DNA of 64,000 nucleotides from an uncultured Brevinematales bacterium (GTDB lineage: Bacteria; Spirochaetota; Brevinematia; Brevinematales; JAOACQ01). The stretch is taken from assembly GCA_964413265.1 (NCBI GenBank), contig CAYPRX010000013.1, forward strand, positions 27,400 to 91,399. The letters run 5' to 3'. Every line of letters starts with the position of its first letter. Position 1 is the first letter of the stretch. A model generated the notes under the pieces. That model saw only the letters and a program-made list of their open reading frames with translations. It was not told the origin of the DNA and ran no database searches. A program made the position numbers and the translations under genes. This document shows positions 35,925 to 45,463 of this stretch, piece by piece.

Positions 35925-37232
35925 ATGAGAAATAATATTATACATCCCGGAGCAGATGAATTAACATATGAAATACGGGAAATTGTTGAATTAGGCAATA
36001 AAATTGAAAATACAGGTGTTAAGATCTACTGGGAAAATATCGGAGACCCTGTAGCCAAAGGGGAAGAAGTACCATCCTGGATCAGGGTTAAGATTGCCGA
36101 TCTGGTCATGAATGATAATCTAAGTTATGGCTATTCTCCGACAAAGGGGCTGCTTGCCACCCGCGAATATATAGCACGCGAACGTAACCTGGAAGGGGGA
36201 GCGCAGATAAGCGCTGACGACATACTTTTTTTTAACGGACTGGGCGATGCTATATCCATTGTATACAACTACCTCAATAAGAATGCCCGTGTAATAGGAC
36301 CCAATCCAGCTTATTCGACGCACTCCTCGGCAGAAGCAGCTCATGCAGGATCAAAACAAATTACCTATCATCTCGATCCTGATAACAGCTGGTATCCTGA
36401 TATCGATGACCTGCGTTCGCAGATCATTAAACATCCTGAGGTCAGCGGTATCCTGATAGTTAATCCCGACAATCCGACGGGTATGGTTTATTCAAAGGAT
36501 GTAATTCGTAATATTGTAGATATTGCAAAGGAGTTCGATCTTTTTATTATTTCCGATGAAATATATTCAAATCTTTTCTACGGAGGTTCCATACACAACA
36601 AGCTGGCTTCGGTGATAGATAAAGTTCCGGGTATTGCAATGCGGGGAATATCCAAGGAGTTTCCATGGCCCGGAGCGAGATGCGGCTGGGTTGAATTTTA
36701 TAACCGGAATATGGATGTATCCTTTGCCCGGTATACCAAGACCATCATAGATGCCAAGATGCTGGAGGTCTGCGCTACTACCCTTCCGCAGAGAGTCCTG
36801 CCTGAAATCATGTCGGACCCCCGCTATTACCCCTACCTGGCTGAGCGTAATGCCCGTTACTGGGAGAAATCAAAACTGGCCTACGGCATTTTCTCGGCTG
36901 TACCGGGCCTCAAGATCAATAAAGCATACGGTGCTTTCTATATGACGGTTATTTTTCAGGAAGGATCCCTGAACAGGGGGCAATATCTTAAACCTGCCAA
37001 TAAAGCTGCAGCTGAAATTATAAAGTCAGTTGAAGACACAACCGAACTGGATAAACGTTTTGTATATTATCTGCTGGCATCAAGGGGCATATGTGTAGTA
37101 CCGCTGTCATCTGGTTTTAACTCGGATTTACATGGTTTCAGAATTACACTGCTTGAACCTGATATCGGCATATTCAAGTCTGTTATGCTTGAAATTGCAG
37201 ATGCGGCAAGAGAGTATATGAATTCAAACTGA
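35925..37232 (+). CDS. PLP-dependent aminotransferase, class I/II (alanine/aspartate aminotransferase-like)
   Basis: 435 aa with NPDNPTG, ISDEIY and the PLP-lysine context GISKEFPWPGARCGW. Confidence 0.85.
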   Translation: MRNNIIHPGADELTYEIREIVELGNKIENTGVKIYWENIGDPVAKGEEVPSWIRVKIADLVMNDNLSYGYSPTKGLLATREYIARERNLEGGAQISADDILFFNGLGDAISIVYNYLNKNARVIGPNPAYSTHSSAEAAHAGSKQITYHLDPDNSWYPDIDDLRSQIIKHPEVSGILIVNPDNPTGMVYSKDVIRNIVDIAKEFDLFIISDEIYSNLFYGGSIHNKLASVIDKVPGIAMRGISKEFPWPGARCGWVEFYNRNMDVSFARYTKTIIDAKMLEVCATTLPQRVLPEIMSDPRYYPYLAERNARYWEKSKLAYGIFSAVPGLKINKAYGAFYMTVIFQEGSLNRGQYLKPANKAAAEIIKSVEDTTELDKRFVYYLLASRGICVVPLSSGFNSDLHGFRITLLEPDIGIFKSVMLEIADAAREYMNSN

Positions 37233-37263
37233 GCAATCCTTTCATTTGAAGCTGGATTTTGAT

Positions 37264-38241
37264 TCAATTCAGGATGGTATGTTTTAAAGCCTCTTTATCA
37301 GTTTCATTCAGGTCAAGCCCTGCACGGTTAAAGGGGAAATACCTGAAAATGGGTCTGCCTATGATATTATCTTCAGGTATGAAACCGAAAAATCTGCTGT
37401 CAAGGCTTTCATCTCTGTTGTCGCCCATACCGAAATAATAATTCTGCATGGCTTTCCACTCGGTAATCTCCAGCCCATCTTTATAAAATCTGCCGTTATT
37501 GATAATAATATTGGAATCACCGGATTCCCTCTGTATCAATAGAAGAAGCAGTTGCTGGTAATATGGATTTTGCTTCAGGCTGATTATATCTCCTTTTTTA
37601 GGGACGTAAATTTCAGGAAATTGATAAATCAGGGGATAATGAGTAATGGATGGTTTACCTGGAAAATGCTGGATAACCCTCTTCTTTCCGAAGGAATTCT
37701 CATTATAGAGATCATAATCCCTGAAATATTTTATTTTGATACCAAAATTATATTGAATCTCGCTTGTTCTGGTTATATAATCCTGGGTAAGGGCCTTTCC
37801 GTTAATAGTTAATATCCTGTTCGTCATTGAAATCCTGTCACCGGGCAGTCCGACCAGTCTTTTTACAAGGTTTTTCGGGTTTTCAAAATTGTTATCAAGA
37901 GTTATGAGCGATAAAGATACAAGCGACAGGAGCTCCTCGAACCTGCCCTGATTTCTCCATTGTGGTGACAGAAAGGCGAAAATATCATTCCTCTCCGGTT
38001 TTAAAAAACCGGGGATCTTTATATTGATCACAGGCAGTCTTGGTCCAAGTGTAACCTTTTCAACCATCATTATATCTTTAACAAGAAGGCTCGGGACCAT
38101 AGATTGAGAAGGTATCTGGTATGCTTCAATTAAAAACAATCTGATTACAAAGGCGATAGCGTACGCTGAAAAAAAAATTTTGATATTGTCGATCACCTTT
38201 TCCTTGAAGGACATTGTTTTATAGTCTTTTTTCTTCTTCAA
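37264..38241 (-). CDS. lepB: Signal peptidase I
   Basis: 325 aa with an N-terminal TM, the catalytic Ser box SQSMVPSL, KRLVGLPGD and GDNRDESLDSRFFGFIP. Confidence 0.85.
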   Translation of the reverse strand: MKKKKDYKTMSFKEKVIDNIKIFFSAYAIAFVIRLFLIEAYQIPSQSMVPSLLVKDIMMVEKVTLGPRLPVINIKIPGFLKPERNDIFAFLSPQWRNQGRFEELLSLVSLSLITLDNNFENPKNLVKRLVGLPGDRISMTNRILTINGKALTQDYITRTSEIQYNFGIKIKYFRDYDLYNENSFGKKRVIQHFPGKPSITHYPLIYQFPEIYVPKKGDIISLKQNPYYQQLLLLLIQRESGDSNIIINNGRFYKDGLEITEWKAMQNYYFGMGDNRDESLDSRFFGFIPEDNIIGRPIFRYFPFNRAGLDLNETDKEALKHTILN

Positions 38242-38385
38242 TCAATTCCCCTTGTATATGAAATACTCCTGATAAGGAAGAAAAAAATTTAATATTATTC
38301 TAACGATGGCTAAAATAAATTGGAAATTATAGTGATAAACAGAATGATGCTTCAGCTACTCTGACTCTGATCCGTATTCTAAATC

Positions 38386-38414
38386 TTGACAATCAATAAT
38401 TTTTCTCATATGAT
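38386..38414 (+). promoter_or_regulatory. Sigma70-like promoter candidate for the diguanylate cyclase gene
   Basis: TTGACA (38386-38391), a 17-nt spacer, then TATGAT (38409-38414). Confidence 0.35.
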
Positions 38415-38468
38415 TTAAAATCATTTGAATAAATTTTTTATTTTTAGTTTGTTTTCACAGAGGTTTTT

Positions 38469-39545
38469 GTGAGAAAGGATACAGATATTTTTTTAGAGAA
38501 GATAAATACTGATCCTTATCATCTCTCATTCCAGATATTTTCTGTTTCATGCCTTCTCATACATTTGGGCTATTTGATTTTATTCTTTTTTTTAAAATTA
38601 AACCTTCTCTTATTCTTTAATATTGGAAGTGTTCTGCTCTACAGTCTTATTCTTTATCTGGTAAATGAAAAAAGATACAAACTCTCTTTTTTTCTGGCAT
38701 ATCTAGAAATAGCCGCTCATTCTTTTCTGGCTGTTCTTTGCCTGGGCTGGAACAGCAATTTCGGCTTTTTCTTCATTGCAGCGGCTATGTTCATAATATT
38801 AATGGAGATTGTGAAAACATGGATGCTGTTTGCTTCTACATTAGTGATGCTTTCTCTGGGGCTGCTGAGCTTCTTGCTGTCAGAGATTAGGCAGCCTTTA
38901 TTTATAATAAAAGAATCCATACTGCATGGTTTAGGTATCTTCAATCTTACTGTATGCTTCGTTATCTCTGTATTTTTTATTTACTATAATAACAACAGAT
39001 ATGCAATGCAGAGCATAAGATTAAAAGAGATGGCTGATAAAGACTGGTTGACCGGCGTATACAACAGGCGCTTCTTTAATGAATACATTGAAATTGAAAG
39101 AAGGAGGATGATGAATCAGATCCTCTATAATACAGATGAAAAAGCCGATTTCAGCATTGCAATGGTTGATATTGATAATTTCAAAAATATCAATGACATT
39201 TACGGCCATCCCGTAGGTGATTATGTTCTCAGGGAAATGGTCCATTTAATGGAGGAGTCTATTTTTACCAGGGATATACTCTACAGATACGGCGGGGATG
39301 AGTTCGTTATTCTTTTTACATCAAGCCCCCGCGAAGGTGCCCTGGCAGCTGTTGAAAGAATCAGGTCTAAAATCGAGAAACATCCGTTTTTCCTTTCATA
39401 TAATAAACCTGACGGTCATATTACTGTCAGCATTGGTTTTGCCAGTTTTGAAGAAGAAAACGACATTTTCCTTTTGCTAAATATAGCTGACACAAGGCTC
39501 TATCATGCAAAAGCGGAGGGGAAAAACTGCGTCATCTGGAACTGA
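38469..39545 (+). CDS. Membrane-anchored diguanylate cyclase (GGDEF)
   Basis: 358 aa with about six N-terminal TM segments. Motifs are DWLTGVYNRR, DIDNFKNINDIYGHPVGD and RYGGDEF. GTG start. Confidence 0.85.
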   Translation: MRKDTDIFLEKINTDPYHLSFQIFSVSCLLIHLGYLILFFFLKLNLLLFFNIGSVLLYSLILYLVNEKRYKLSFFLAYLEIAAHSFLAVLCLGWNSNFGFFFIAAAMFIILMEIVKTWMLFASTLVMLSLGLLSFLLSEIRQPLFIIKESILHGLGIFNLTVCFVISVFFIYYNNNRYAMQSIRLKEMADKDWLTGVYNRRFFNEYIEIERRRMMNQILYNTDEKADFSIAMVDIDNFKNINDIYGHPVGDYVLREMVHLMEESIFTRDILYRYGGDEFVILFTSSPREGALAAVERIRSKIEKHPFFLSYNKPDGHITVSIGFASFEEENDIFLLLNIADTRLYHAKAEGKNCVIWN

Positions 39546-39564
39546 AATTTCAGAGGATTTTAAA

Positions 39565-41379
39565 TTATTCCGTCATTAAAGCGACCGCGACTGCACCGAT
39601 ACCTGAGTTTAAACCTATAACCGGTGAAATGTTCATTATGTACGCTGCTTTTTTACCGATAATTGCCTCAATTTTAACACAATATTCAGCGGCTTTTTGT
39701 GCATTTCCCGCATGAAGTATGCAGAATTCCCAAACATTTCTATTCATTGTGAAATTCTTTATATGTAGCAGAATATTCTTCAAAATTCCTTTTTGGCTGA
39801 AAGCCTTATCAAAAACGAAGGCTTTCCCCTCACCGTTCACAGATACAATAGGTTTCAGGTTTAAAATTTTTGCAATAAATCCCTTTACAGGGCTTACCCT
39901 TCCGCCTTTTATAAAATAATCCATAGTTTTCACAGCTATAAATATCCTGGTATTTGCGATCCATGATCCAATTTGATCATTTATTTCATCCATAGTCATG
40001 CCGGCCTCGATCGACCTGGCAATTCTTAAAACGATAAGTCCCAGGGAACCTGACGCCTGTCGGGAATTGACAACTTTGATCTTTTTACCTGTCTCTTTTT
40101 CAATCTGCTCTGCAGCATGGAGGCTGTTTGAGAATGTCCCGCTGAATTCTTTTGATAAATGAACAGATATAATGGAATCATAATGGCTGGAAAGCTGAGA
40201 ATATAAATTCTGGAAAGTTTTATAGTTAACCTGGGATGTTGTTGGAAAATAGGTACTTTCATCCAGCATACGGTAGAAATGTTCCGGTACAATAGTCAAT
40301 TTATCCAGATAATGGTTTTCACCAAAGAATATATTCAGGGGGACCATCTGTATCTGGTAGCTGTCGATTAATTCAAGCGGGAGGTCGCAGCTGGAATCAG
40401 TCACAAGTGCAATTTTGAACTTCCTTTTGTAGGCCGTTTCATACTGTTTTTTCATATCATCGGCTTTTTGATAAACTATAGTGCCGCTGTTCCTGAGGGA
40501 ATAAAATAGCTCAGCAGGCCTGTCGGTATGAATATGTATTCGCAGATTATCCTTGGAACCCGCGATTACAATCGAATCACCATAGTTGCCGAGTATATCA
40601 TTTAATATAGCTTTATCCGGTCTGACATCCCTGAGTAAGGCTTCGGTACAGAAACGGTATTTTACATCTTCAAGAGAGATGTTTTCTTCTATGCCTTCTA
40701 TTTCAATAGTTTCCTGCTTTGCCTTGATAATCTTCTTAAAATTCTTATTCTTGATAAAATCTATCATTCCCTCCAGAAAAAGGACTATACCCTTTCCTCC
40801 GGCATCTACAACGTTAGCCTTTTTCAGAATTGCAATCTGATTCGTTGTTTTTTTTAATGATTCCTGTGCAATGTCATAAGATTTTATTAATAAATGAGTA
40901 ATACTTTTTGTTTTTTCATGCTCTTTATAGAGGTAATCTGCCCAATTTTTTATTACAGTGATCATAGTACCTTCGACAGGATTGGCTATTGCATCGTACA
41001 TATATTTTACGGCGTTCTTAAGGCTTCTTGTCAGGTTTTTGATGTCGAAACGGTTCTCTTCCTCAGAGGCTTCAACGCTGAAGCCGTAAAGATATTGGGC
41101 AAGAATGACACCGGAATTTCCCCTTGCACCCTCAAGGGCAGCACAGGCTATAGCCTCTGCTGATTTTTTTATCGAACGGTGAGGAACTGTATTCTCAATA
41201 ATCGACCGGATAGTTGACGCCAAATTTGAACCCGTATCGGCATCAGGTACTGGGAAGACATTTAATTTATTAAGTTCTTTCTGATGCTCAAGAATTTTCT
41301 GAGCGCCTGCAATAAAGTTGTAATAGAAACTTTTTCCATAAGCTTTAGATCTTTTTTCGGACATTAATCTCTCCGTCAC
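39565..41379 (-). CDS. Dak2 (FakA-like kinase) domain fused to a complete DegV (FakB-like fatty-acid-binding) domain
   Basis: 604 aa. The N-terminal Dak2 block has VFPVPDADTGSN and GARGNSGVIL. The middle has a YloV-like RFCTEALL and LRIHIHTDRP. The C-terminal DegV has KIALVTDSSCDLP, TTSQVN, SKEFSGTF and KGGRVS. Confidence 0.8.
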   Translation of the reverse strand: MTERLMSEKRSKAYGKSFYYNFIAGAQKILEHQKELNKLNVFPVPDADTGSNLASTIRSIIENTVPHRSIKKSAEAIACAALEGARGNSGVILAQYLYGFSVEASEEENRFDIKNLTRSLKNAVKYMYDAIANPVEGTMITVIKNWADYLYKEHEKTKSITHLLIKSYDIAQESLKKTTNQIAILKKANVVDAGGKGIVLFLEGMIDFIKNKNFKKIIKAKQETIEIEGIEENISLEDVKYRFCTEALLRDVRPDKAILNDILGNYGDSIVIAGSKDNLRIHIHTDRPAELFYSLRNSGTIVYQKADDMKKQYETAYKRKFKIALVTDSSCDLPLELIDSYQIQMVPLNIFFGENHYLDKLTIVPEHFYRMLDESTYFPTTSQVNYKTFQNLYSQLSSHYDSIISVHLSKEFSGTFSNSLHAAEQIEKETGKKIKVVNSRQASGSLGLIVLRIARSIEAGMTMDEINDQIGSWIANTRIFIAVKTMDYFIKGGRVSPVKGFIAKILNLKPIVSVNGEGKAFVFDKAFSQKGILKNILLHIKNFTMNRNVWEFCILHAGNAQKAAEYCVKIEAIIGKKAAYIMNISPVIGLNSGIGAVAVALMTE

Positions 41380-41420
41380 TCATTTTGGCGGCTTGATTTT
41401 AAGAATTACTTTGAATATAG

Positions 41421-42197
41421 TCAATTCTTTACAAAGATAAGGTTTTTGACAGCCTCAGTTGATTTGCCGTTAAGGGTTACAGCTTTGAAATATATAAAGT
41501 ATCCTCCTGATACAAGGTCACGGACAGGGCTTGTCTCCGGGTCCCAGATAACAGAATTTGTTCCCTCATTGAAAAATTTTTTTTTGCATACAGGTTCTAC
41601 AATTTTGCCGTATTTATTAAAAATGAGTATATCAGTATAAGCAGGATAGTTTATGCTGAAGCTGATATTGAGCGTGTTTTCGCCGCTGAAGAGAATCGAC
41701 GGGATTATATGCAAGTCATTCGTATTGATGAGTGAAAGCTGTTTTTTCGTAACTCCGAAGGAATATACATGTGTATCGGCTCCATGAATTTCAAGATAAA
41801 TAGTGACATTCCTTAAAAATATATTATTCAATTCAAAGGAACCGCTTTTGTAAAAAACCTCCTGGTGCATATTTTCCGCATCTTCATAGTCAAAGACCTT
41901 GAGAGTAACGCTGGAATTACTGGAAATTCCGTTATCGTCAGCCACAGTGAAGTTCACGAAAGCACTTGAGAAAACGAAATCATCATCTACGGATATATCG
42001 GAACTTATCAGCCAGCAGTTCGAATCGGATGCTGATGTTATGTAGCCGTTAGTGATTTCGATATTGCTGTAGTCCAACAGGTCATTATAATTGGTTAGCC
42101 TGTCTGAGTTGAATTTAATTGTATTGTTTTCAGACCAGTTAATACTGAATAAAATCGAAGAGGAGAATAAGAAAAAAAGAATAATGCTGCTTCTCAT
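41421..42197 (-). CDS. Hypothetical secreted protein with a FlgD-Ig/T9SS-type C-terminal beta-sandwich tail
   Basis: 258 aa with a signal peptide. The C-terminal SVIWDPETSPVRDLVSGGYFIYFKAVTLNGKSTEAVKNLIFVKN resembles FlgD-Ig-like/Por secretion tails. Confidence 0.45.
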   Translation of the reverse strand: MRSSIILFFLFSSSILFSINWSENNTIKFNSDRLTNYNDLLDYSNIEITNGYITSASDSNCWLISSDISVDDDFVFSSAFVNFTVADDNGISSNSSVTLKVFDYEDAENMHQEVFYKSGSFELNNIFLRNVTIYLEIHGADTHVYSFGVTKKQLSLINTNDLHIIPSILFSGENTLNISFSINYPAYTDILIFNKYGKIVEPVCKKKFFNEGTNSVIWDPETSPVRDLVSGGYFIYFKAVTLNGKSTEAVKNLIFVKN

Positions 42198-43210
42198 TTT
42201 TTATCCTCTGATATTTTAATATAATTCTCAAGCCAGTCGAGATTTTTTTCGTTTTCCTCATTCATAATTAATTCTACATTCTTTTTCCTGTCCGAATTCT
42301 TTCCCTTCTTCCTTTCCTTGAGCCATGCTGTTATCAGGTGGTCTGAAACCAGTAATCCGGCTATGATTATTAAAAGTGCAAGTATTTTCAGGAAAAGCAG
42401 GAAAAAATCGCCCAGGGTTCTGCCGGGATAGATTACTCCGAGGGTTCCAATATAAGTTCCGTTTATATTGATCGGGAATGTCTCTATGATTTTACTTTCA
42501 TAAGTGAATTTTTTCCCTGTTTTAATTTCTTTTAAAGAGTCCTTAATGAAATCGGTGTTGAAATTGGAGTTTTTATAAATTTTTTTTTCAGTCAAAAAAA
42601 ATGTATTGAAATCGGCATCTTTAATTTTTTTTAAGATAATGTCTGTGTCGTAGACAGCATCGGCCTCTATTTCAAGATCGAGAGGATTATCGTATTTCAC
42701 TCCTATTATTAAATAGTCGTTGGTATAATAAGCGTTTACAGGACTGTTAAAAACCCTGTAAAAAGGTACTATAGTATTGCTAGAATGCTTGTAAAGAATG
42801 TTATTATTTGAATCTATTATAAAGAAGTCTTTGAAAAAAGTTAAACCACTGAAATAACGGTCGGCCAATGCATCCATACCAGGCATCTTAGCTGATAATA
42901 TATATAAATAAATATAGTCATAGAAACTCTTGCTTCCGGTCATTGCAGTAACATTAGTGACTGCTGATTTGAATATCCCGATAAAATCATCGCGGAAACT
43001 CTCGATTTTTACCCCTGTATCTATACTGTACGGGTCATACAAGATAAATCCCTTAACCGTTTCATACAAGTTTATGATGTTCGTAATATTGCCGGACTGA
43101 TCATAATTAATGATGTCATTTTTTGTTGTTTCGTAAAAAAGGATTGAAAAAGATGCAGCAATAATGATGCCCAAAAGTATGATCTTTAAATATGAATAGA
43201 TCAGCATCAT
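42194..43210 (-). CDS. Hypothetical bitopic membrane protein with a large extracytoplasmic domain and a short charged tail
   Basis: The track ORF extends to 43258, but the ATG at 43210-43208 overlaps the aroK stop (ATGA) and gives 338 aa. The layout is TM, about 260 aa, TM, then a K/E-rich tail. ATGA overlap with the downstream gene at 42194-42197. Confidence 0.5.
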   Translation of the reverse strand: MMLIYSYLKIILLGIIIAASFSILFYETTKNDIINYDQSGNITNIINLYETVKGFILYDPYSIDTGVKIESFRDDFIGIFKSAVTNVTAMTGSKSFYDYIYLYILSAKMPGMDALADRYFSGLTFFKDFFIIDSNNNILYKHSSNTIVPFYRVFNSPVNAYYTNDYLIIGVKYDNPLDLEIEADAVYDTDIILKKIKDADFNTFFLTEKKIYKNSNFNTDFIKDSLKEIKTGKKFTYESKIIETFPININGTYIGTLGVIYPGRTLGDFFLLFLKILALLIIIAGLLVSDHLITAWLKERKKGKNSDRKKNVELIMNEENEKNLDWLENYIKISEDKK

Positions 43211-43725
43211 TTTCTTCTTCTCCATTTCGTGAAGGAGTCTATTATAATTTCCGAGCAATTTTCAGGTGAAAGTGAACCTGTATCAACTGTCATATCAGCA
43301 GTTATTTCATACAGGGGCGCCCTTGTGCGTAGAACATTCTCAATCTCTGCGGAAAGCGACAGCCCGGTGAGTGGAGGGCGATTATCATCACCCTCAATTC
43401 TCGAGCTCAGAATTTTATTTCCGGCTTTAAGGTAAACACAGAACCCTGTCTTTTTAATCAATGCTCTGTTCGCCTCACTTAGAATAATACCACCTCCTGT
43501 GGCTACAACGGTTCTGTTTATAAAAGCGACCCTACGGAGGATTTCAGACTCTTTTTCCCTGAAATATTGTTCTCCTGAGGTCGCGAATATTTCCGGAATA
43601 GATCTCTTTTCATTTTGAACGATAAGTTCATCAGTATCGGAGAAAACGAATTTGAGAGACTTGGAAATTTTTTTCCCGATGGTGGTCTTACCGCTGCCCC
43701 TGTATCCTATAAGGTAGATATTCAT
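43207..43725 (-). CDS. aroK: Shikimate kinase
   Basis: 172 aa with Walker A GYRGSGKTTIGK, then SDTD and GGGI motifs. Confidence 0.9.
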   Translation of the reverse strand: MNIYLIGYRGSGKTTIGKKISKSLKFVFSDTDELIVQNEKRSIPEIFATSGEQYFREKESEILRRVAFINRTVVATGGGIILSEANRALIKKTGFCVYLKAGNKILSSRIEGDDNRPPLTGLSLSAEIENVLRTRAPLYEITADMTVDTGSLSPENCSEIIIDSFTKWRRRK

Positions 43726-44151
43726 CTAAACTGTCCTCCCGGCAAGATTGAAGCAGATGAGCATATCTCCTAGAAGTATGATAAATACGGAAAAGGCTGC
43801 TATAAAATAGATCCTGTAATATGTGAACACGCCGGAATCTTTGATGTCCGGTTCCATTTTATTCTTTTTTTCAAGGTATTTAAAGATAACCGTGTTTTCT
43901 GATTTTTTACCCTGTTTGGCCAGTGAACTTGCGTTGGGAACGGACTGAGATTCCAGGTTCTTCAAATTTGATTTTAATTCCCTGACGTCGTTTTCCGTTC
44001 TGGCTTTCTGTTCCTCCAGACGGTTTATCTGTTCGATCTTCTGTATATTCTGCTGGATCCCGCCACTGCCAAATATAAAAACCGCCAGTATATAAATACT
44101 TACGGCATTAAAAAAAAGAAGTGCAATATATTTCATATAATCAATATCCAT
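43726..44151 (-). CDS. Small membrane coiled-coil protein (FtsB/DivIC-like topology)
   Basis: 141 aa with an N-terminal TM, the heptad-rich IEQINRLEEQKARTENDVRELKSNLKNLESQ and a second C-terminal hydrophobic segment. Its stop abuts the aroK start with no gap. Confidence 0.45.
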   Translation of the reverse strand: MDIDYMKYIALLFFNAVSIYILAVFIFGSGGIQQNIQKIEQINRLEEQKARTENDVRELKSNLKNLESQSVPNASSLAKQGKKSENTVIFKYLEKKNKMEPDIKDSGVFTYYRIYFIAAFSVFIILLGDMLICFNLAGRTV

Positions 44152-44235
44152 TTAAAATTCAATCAAAACAGAGTATGCCCCTGTATATTTTTCGGAATAA
44201 TCATATAAATCTGTAGAAAATGAAGTGGGCAGCGC

Positions 44236-45273
44236 CTATCTAGCTCCGGCTTTTCTCAGCAGATCGATGATTTCGGAGTACCCTTTTTGAGTGGCGTATT
44301 TCAGAGCCGTCCAATTGCCTTTGTCAATGTTGACATCAGCCCCGGCCTTGATCAGTGCTTTAACCGCTTCAGTTTGTCCTTTCAGGGCAGCGAATATAAG
44401 GGCCGTATTGCCTTCTTTATCAATATAGTTGACATCTGCCTTAGCTTTGATCAATTCATTAATTGTGTCAGTATTTCCGTTGTAAGAAGCGAACATCAAG
44501 GCCGTATCCCCGGCTTTCGTTACATAATTAACATCAGCCTTAGCATTAATCAATGCAATGACGATGTCGGTATGACCGCCATCTGCCGCTTTCATCAAGG
44601 ATGTTTTGCCGTTTATATCCCGGATATTTATATCGACACCTGACGCAATCAATGCTTTAACCAGCCCCCCAATCCCCATCTCTGACGACCACATTAAAGC
44701 TGTACCACCATGATTTAAATTGATAAATACTGCTGAAAGGATCGTTACAAGAATTATGAATAAAACTCCTACCCCGATGTACCATTTTTTCATGCTGGAG
44801 AGAGCAGTACGTCTGAGGGTAAAAGTTTTAATAGAATTTACCGCCTTAAGGATTATAATGCCGTTGTATAAAAGGGATATACCTAACACTACGGCCATAC
44901 CGGCAGCGAGTATTAAAATTATTTTGTATGGACTATCGTATGGGCTGACTGCGATTTCAAATAAGCCGCATATAATGCATATCGGGCCGGTTAGAACCTG
45001 TAATAGAGCAAAAGGCTCACTTTCCGACACATTTGCCGTATTGTTTCTATAAGCCAGCACTTTAAAGTTCCTGCCGCGATTACCGGCGACAACTAAATTA
45101 TCGTTTTCCGAGATCGATACTGGTTTATTGGATTTAATTTTTATCTTTTTCCCCTTCAATTCGAAACTGCAATAATAAGATTTTCCGCCCATATAACTTT
45201 TTAGTTCATGTTTTTCAACTTTACAGGCTTTTCCTGTAATAATCTCCATTTTATAAGTCCTCCATTGCATCAC
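44236..45273 (-). CDS. Membrane protein with C-terminal ankyrin repeats
   Basis: 345 aa in the track. The start is probably the ATG at 45249 (GGAGG 9 nt upstream). The layout is an N-terminal ~90-aa soluble region, three hydrophobic segments, then four or five ANK repeats (GGTALMWSS, GKTSLMKAADGGHTDIV, GDTALMFASYNGNTDTI, GNTALIFAALKGQTEAV, WTALKYATQKGYSEII). Confidence 0.8.
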   Translation of the reverse strand: MMQWRTYKMEIITGKACKVEKHELKSYMGGKSYYCSFELKGKKIKIKSNKPVSISENDNLVVAGNRGRNFKVLAYRNNTANVSESEPFALLQVLTGPICIICGLFEIAVSPYDSPYKIILILAAGMAVVLGISLLYNGIIILKAVNSIKTFTLRRTALSSMKKWYIGVGVLFIILVTILSAVFINLNHGGTALMWSSEMGIGGLVKALIASGVDINIRDINGKTSLMKAADGGHTDIVIALINAKADVNYVTKAGDTALMFASYNGNTDTINELIKAKADVNYIDKEGNTALIFAALKGQTEAVKALIKAGADVNIDKGNWTALKYATQKGYSEIIDLLRKAGAR

Positions 45274-45406
45274 TTTACAGATTGGTCATAATTTTACATG
45301 AAAAGAGCAGTAAATGTCAATCAAAAGCTCTGCGTATAAAATGGGCCGCGGAGTAGCCTTCCCTTTGAATAAATGAAGTATACTTGAGAACACCTGACCA
45401 CTACTC

Positions 45407-45434
45407 TTGACTTTTGCAGCGAAAACAATATAAT
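45407..45434 (+). promoter_or_regulatory. Sigma70-like promoter candidate for nadA
   Basis: TTGACT (45407-45412), a 16-nt spacer, then TATAAT (45429-45434). It lies 30 nt upstream of the nadA ATG. Confidence 0.4.
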
Positions 45435-45463
45435 AATATATGAATGCTTAAGGAAATAATGAA

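Noticed and set aside
41577-42601. Homopolymer tracts inside coding regions (T9 at 41577-41585, T9 at 42580-42588, A8 at 42594-42601) as phase-variation switches.
   Set aside because: Runs of 8-9 A/T are expected by chance in 23-30% GC coding sequence encoding Lys/Phe-rich proteins. There is no evidence of frame disruption or alternative frames.
45274-45463. An NAD+ riboswitch (nadA motif) upstream of nadA.
   Set aside because: The best promoter match (TTGACT-16-TATAAT) ends 30 nt before the ATG, leaving a leader too short for the tandem-domain motif. I saw no conserved CAACA or ACANCCCC-type elements.
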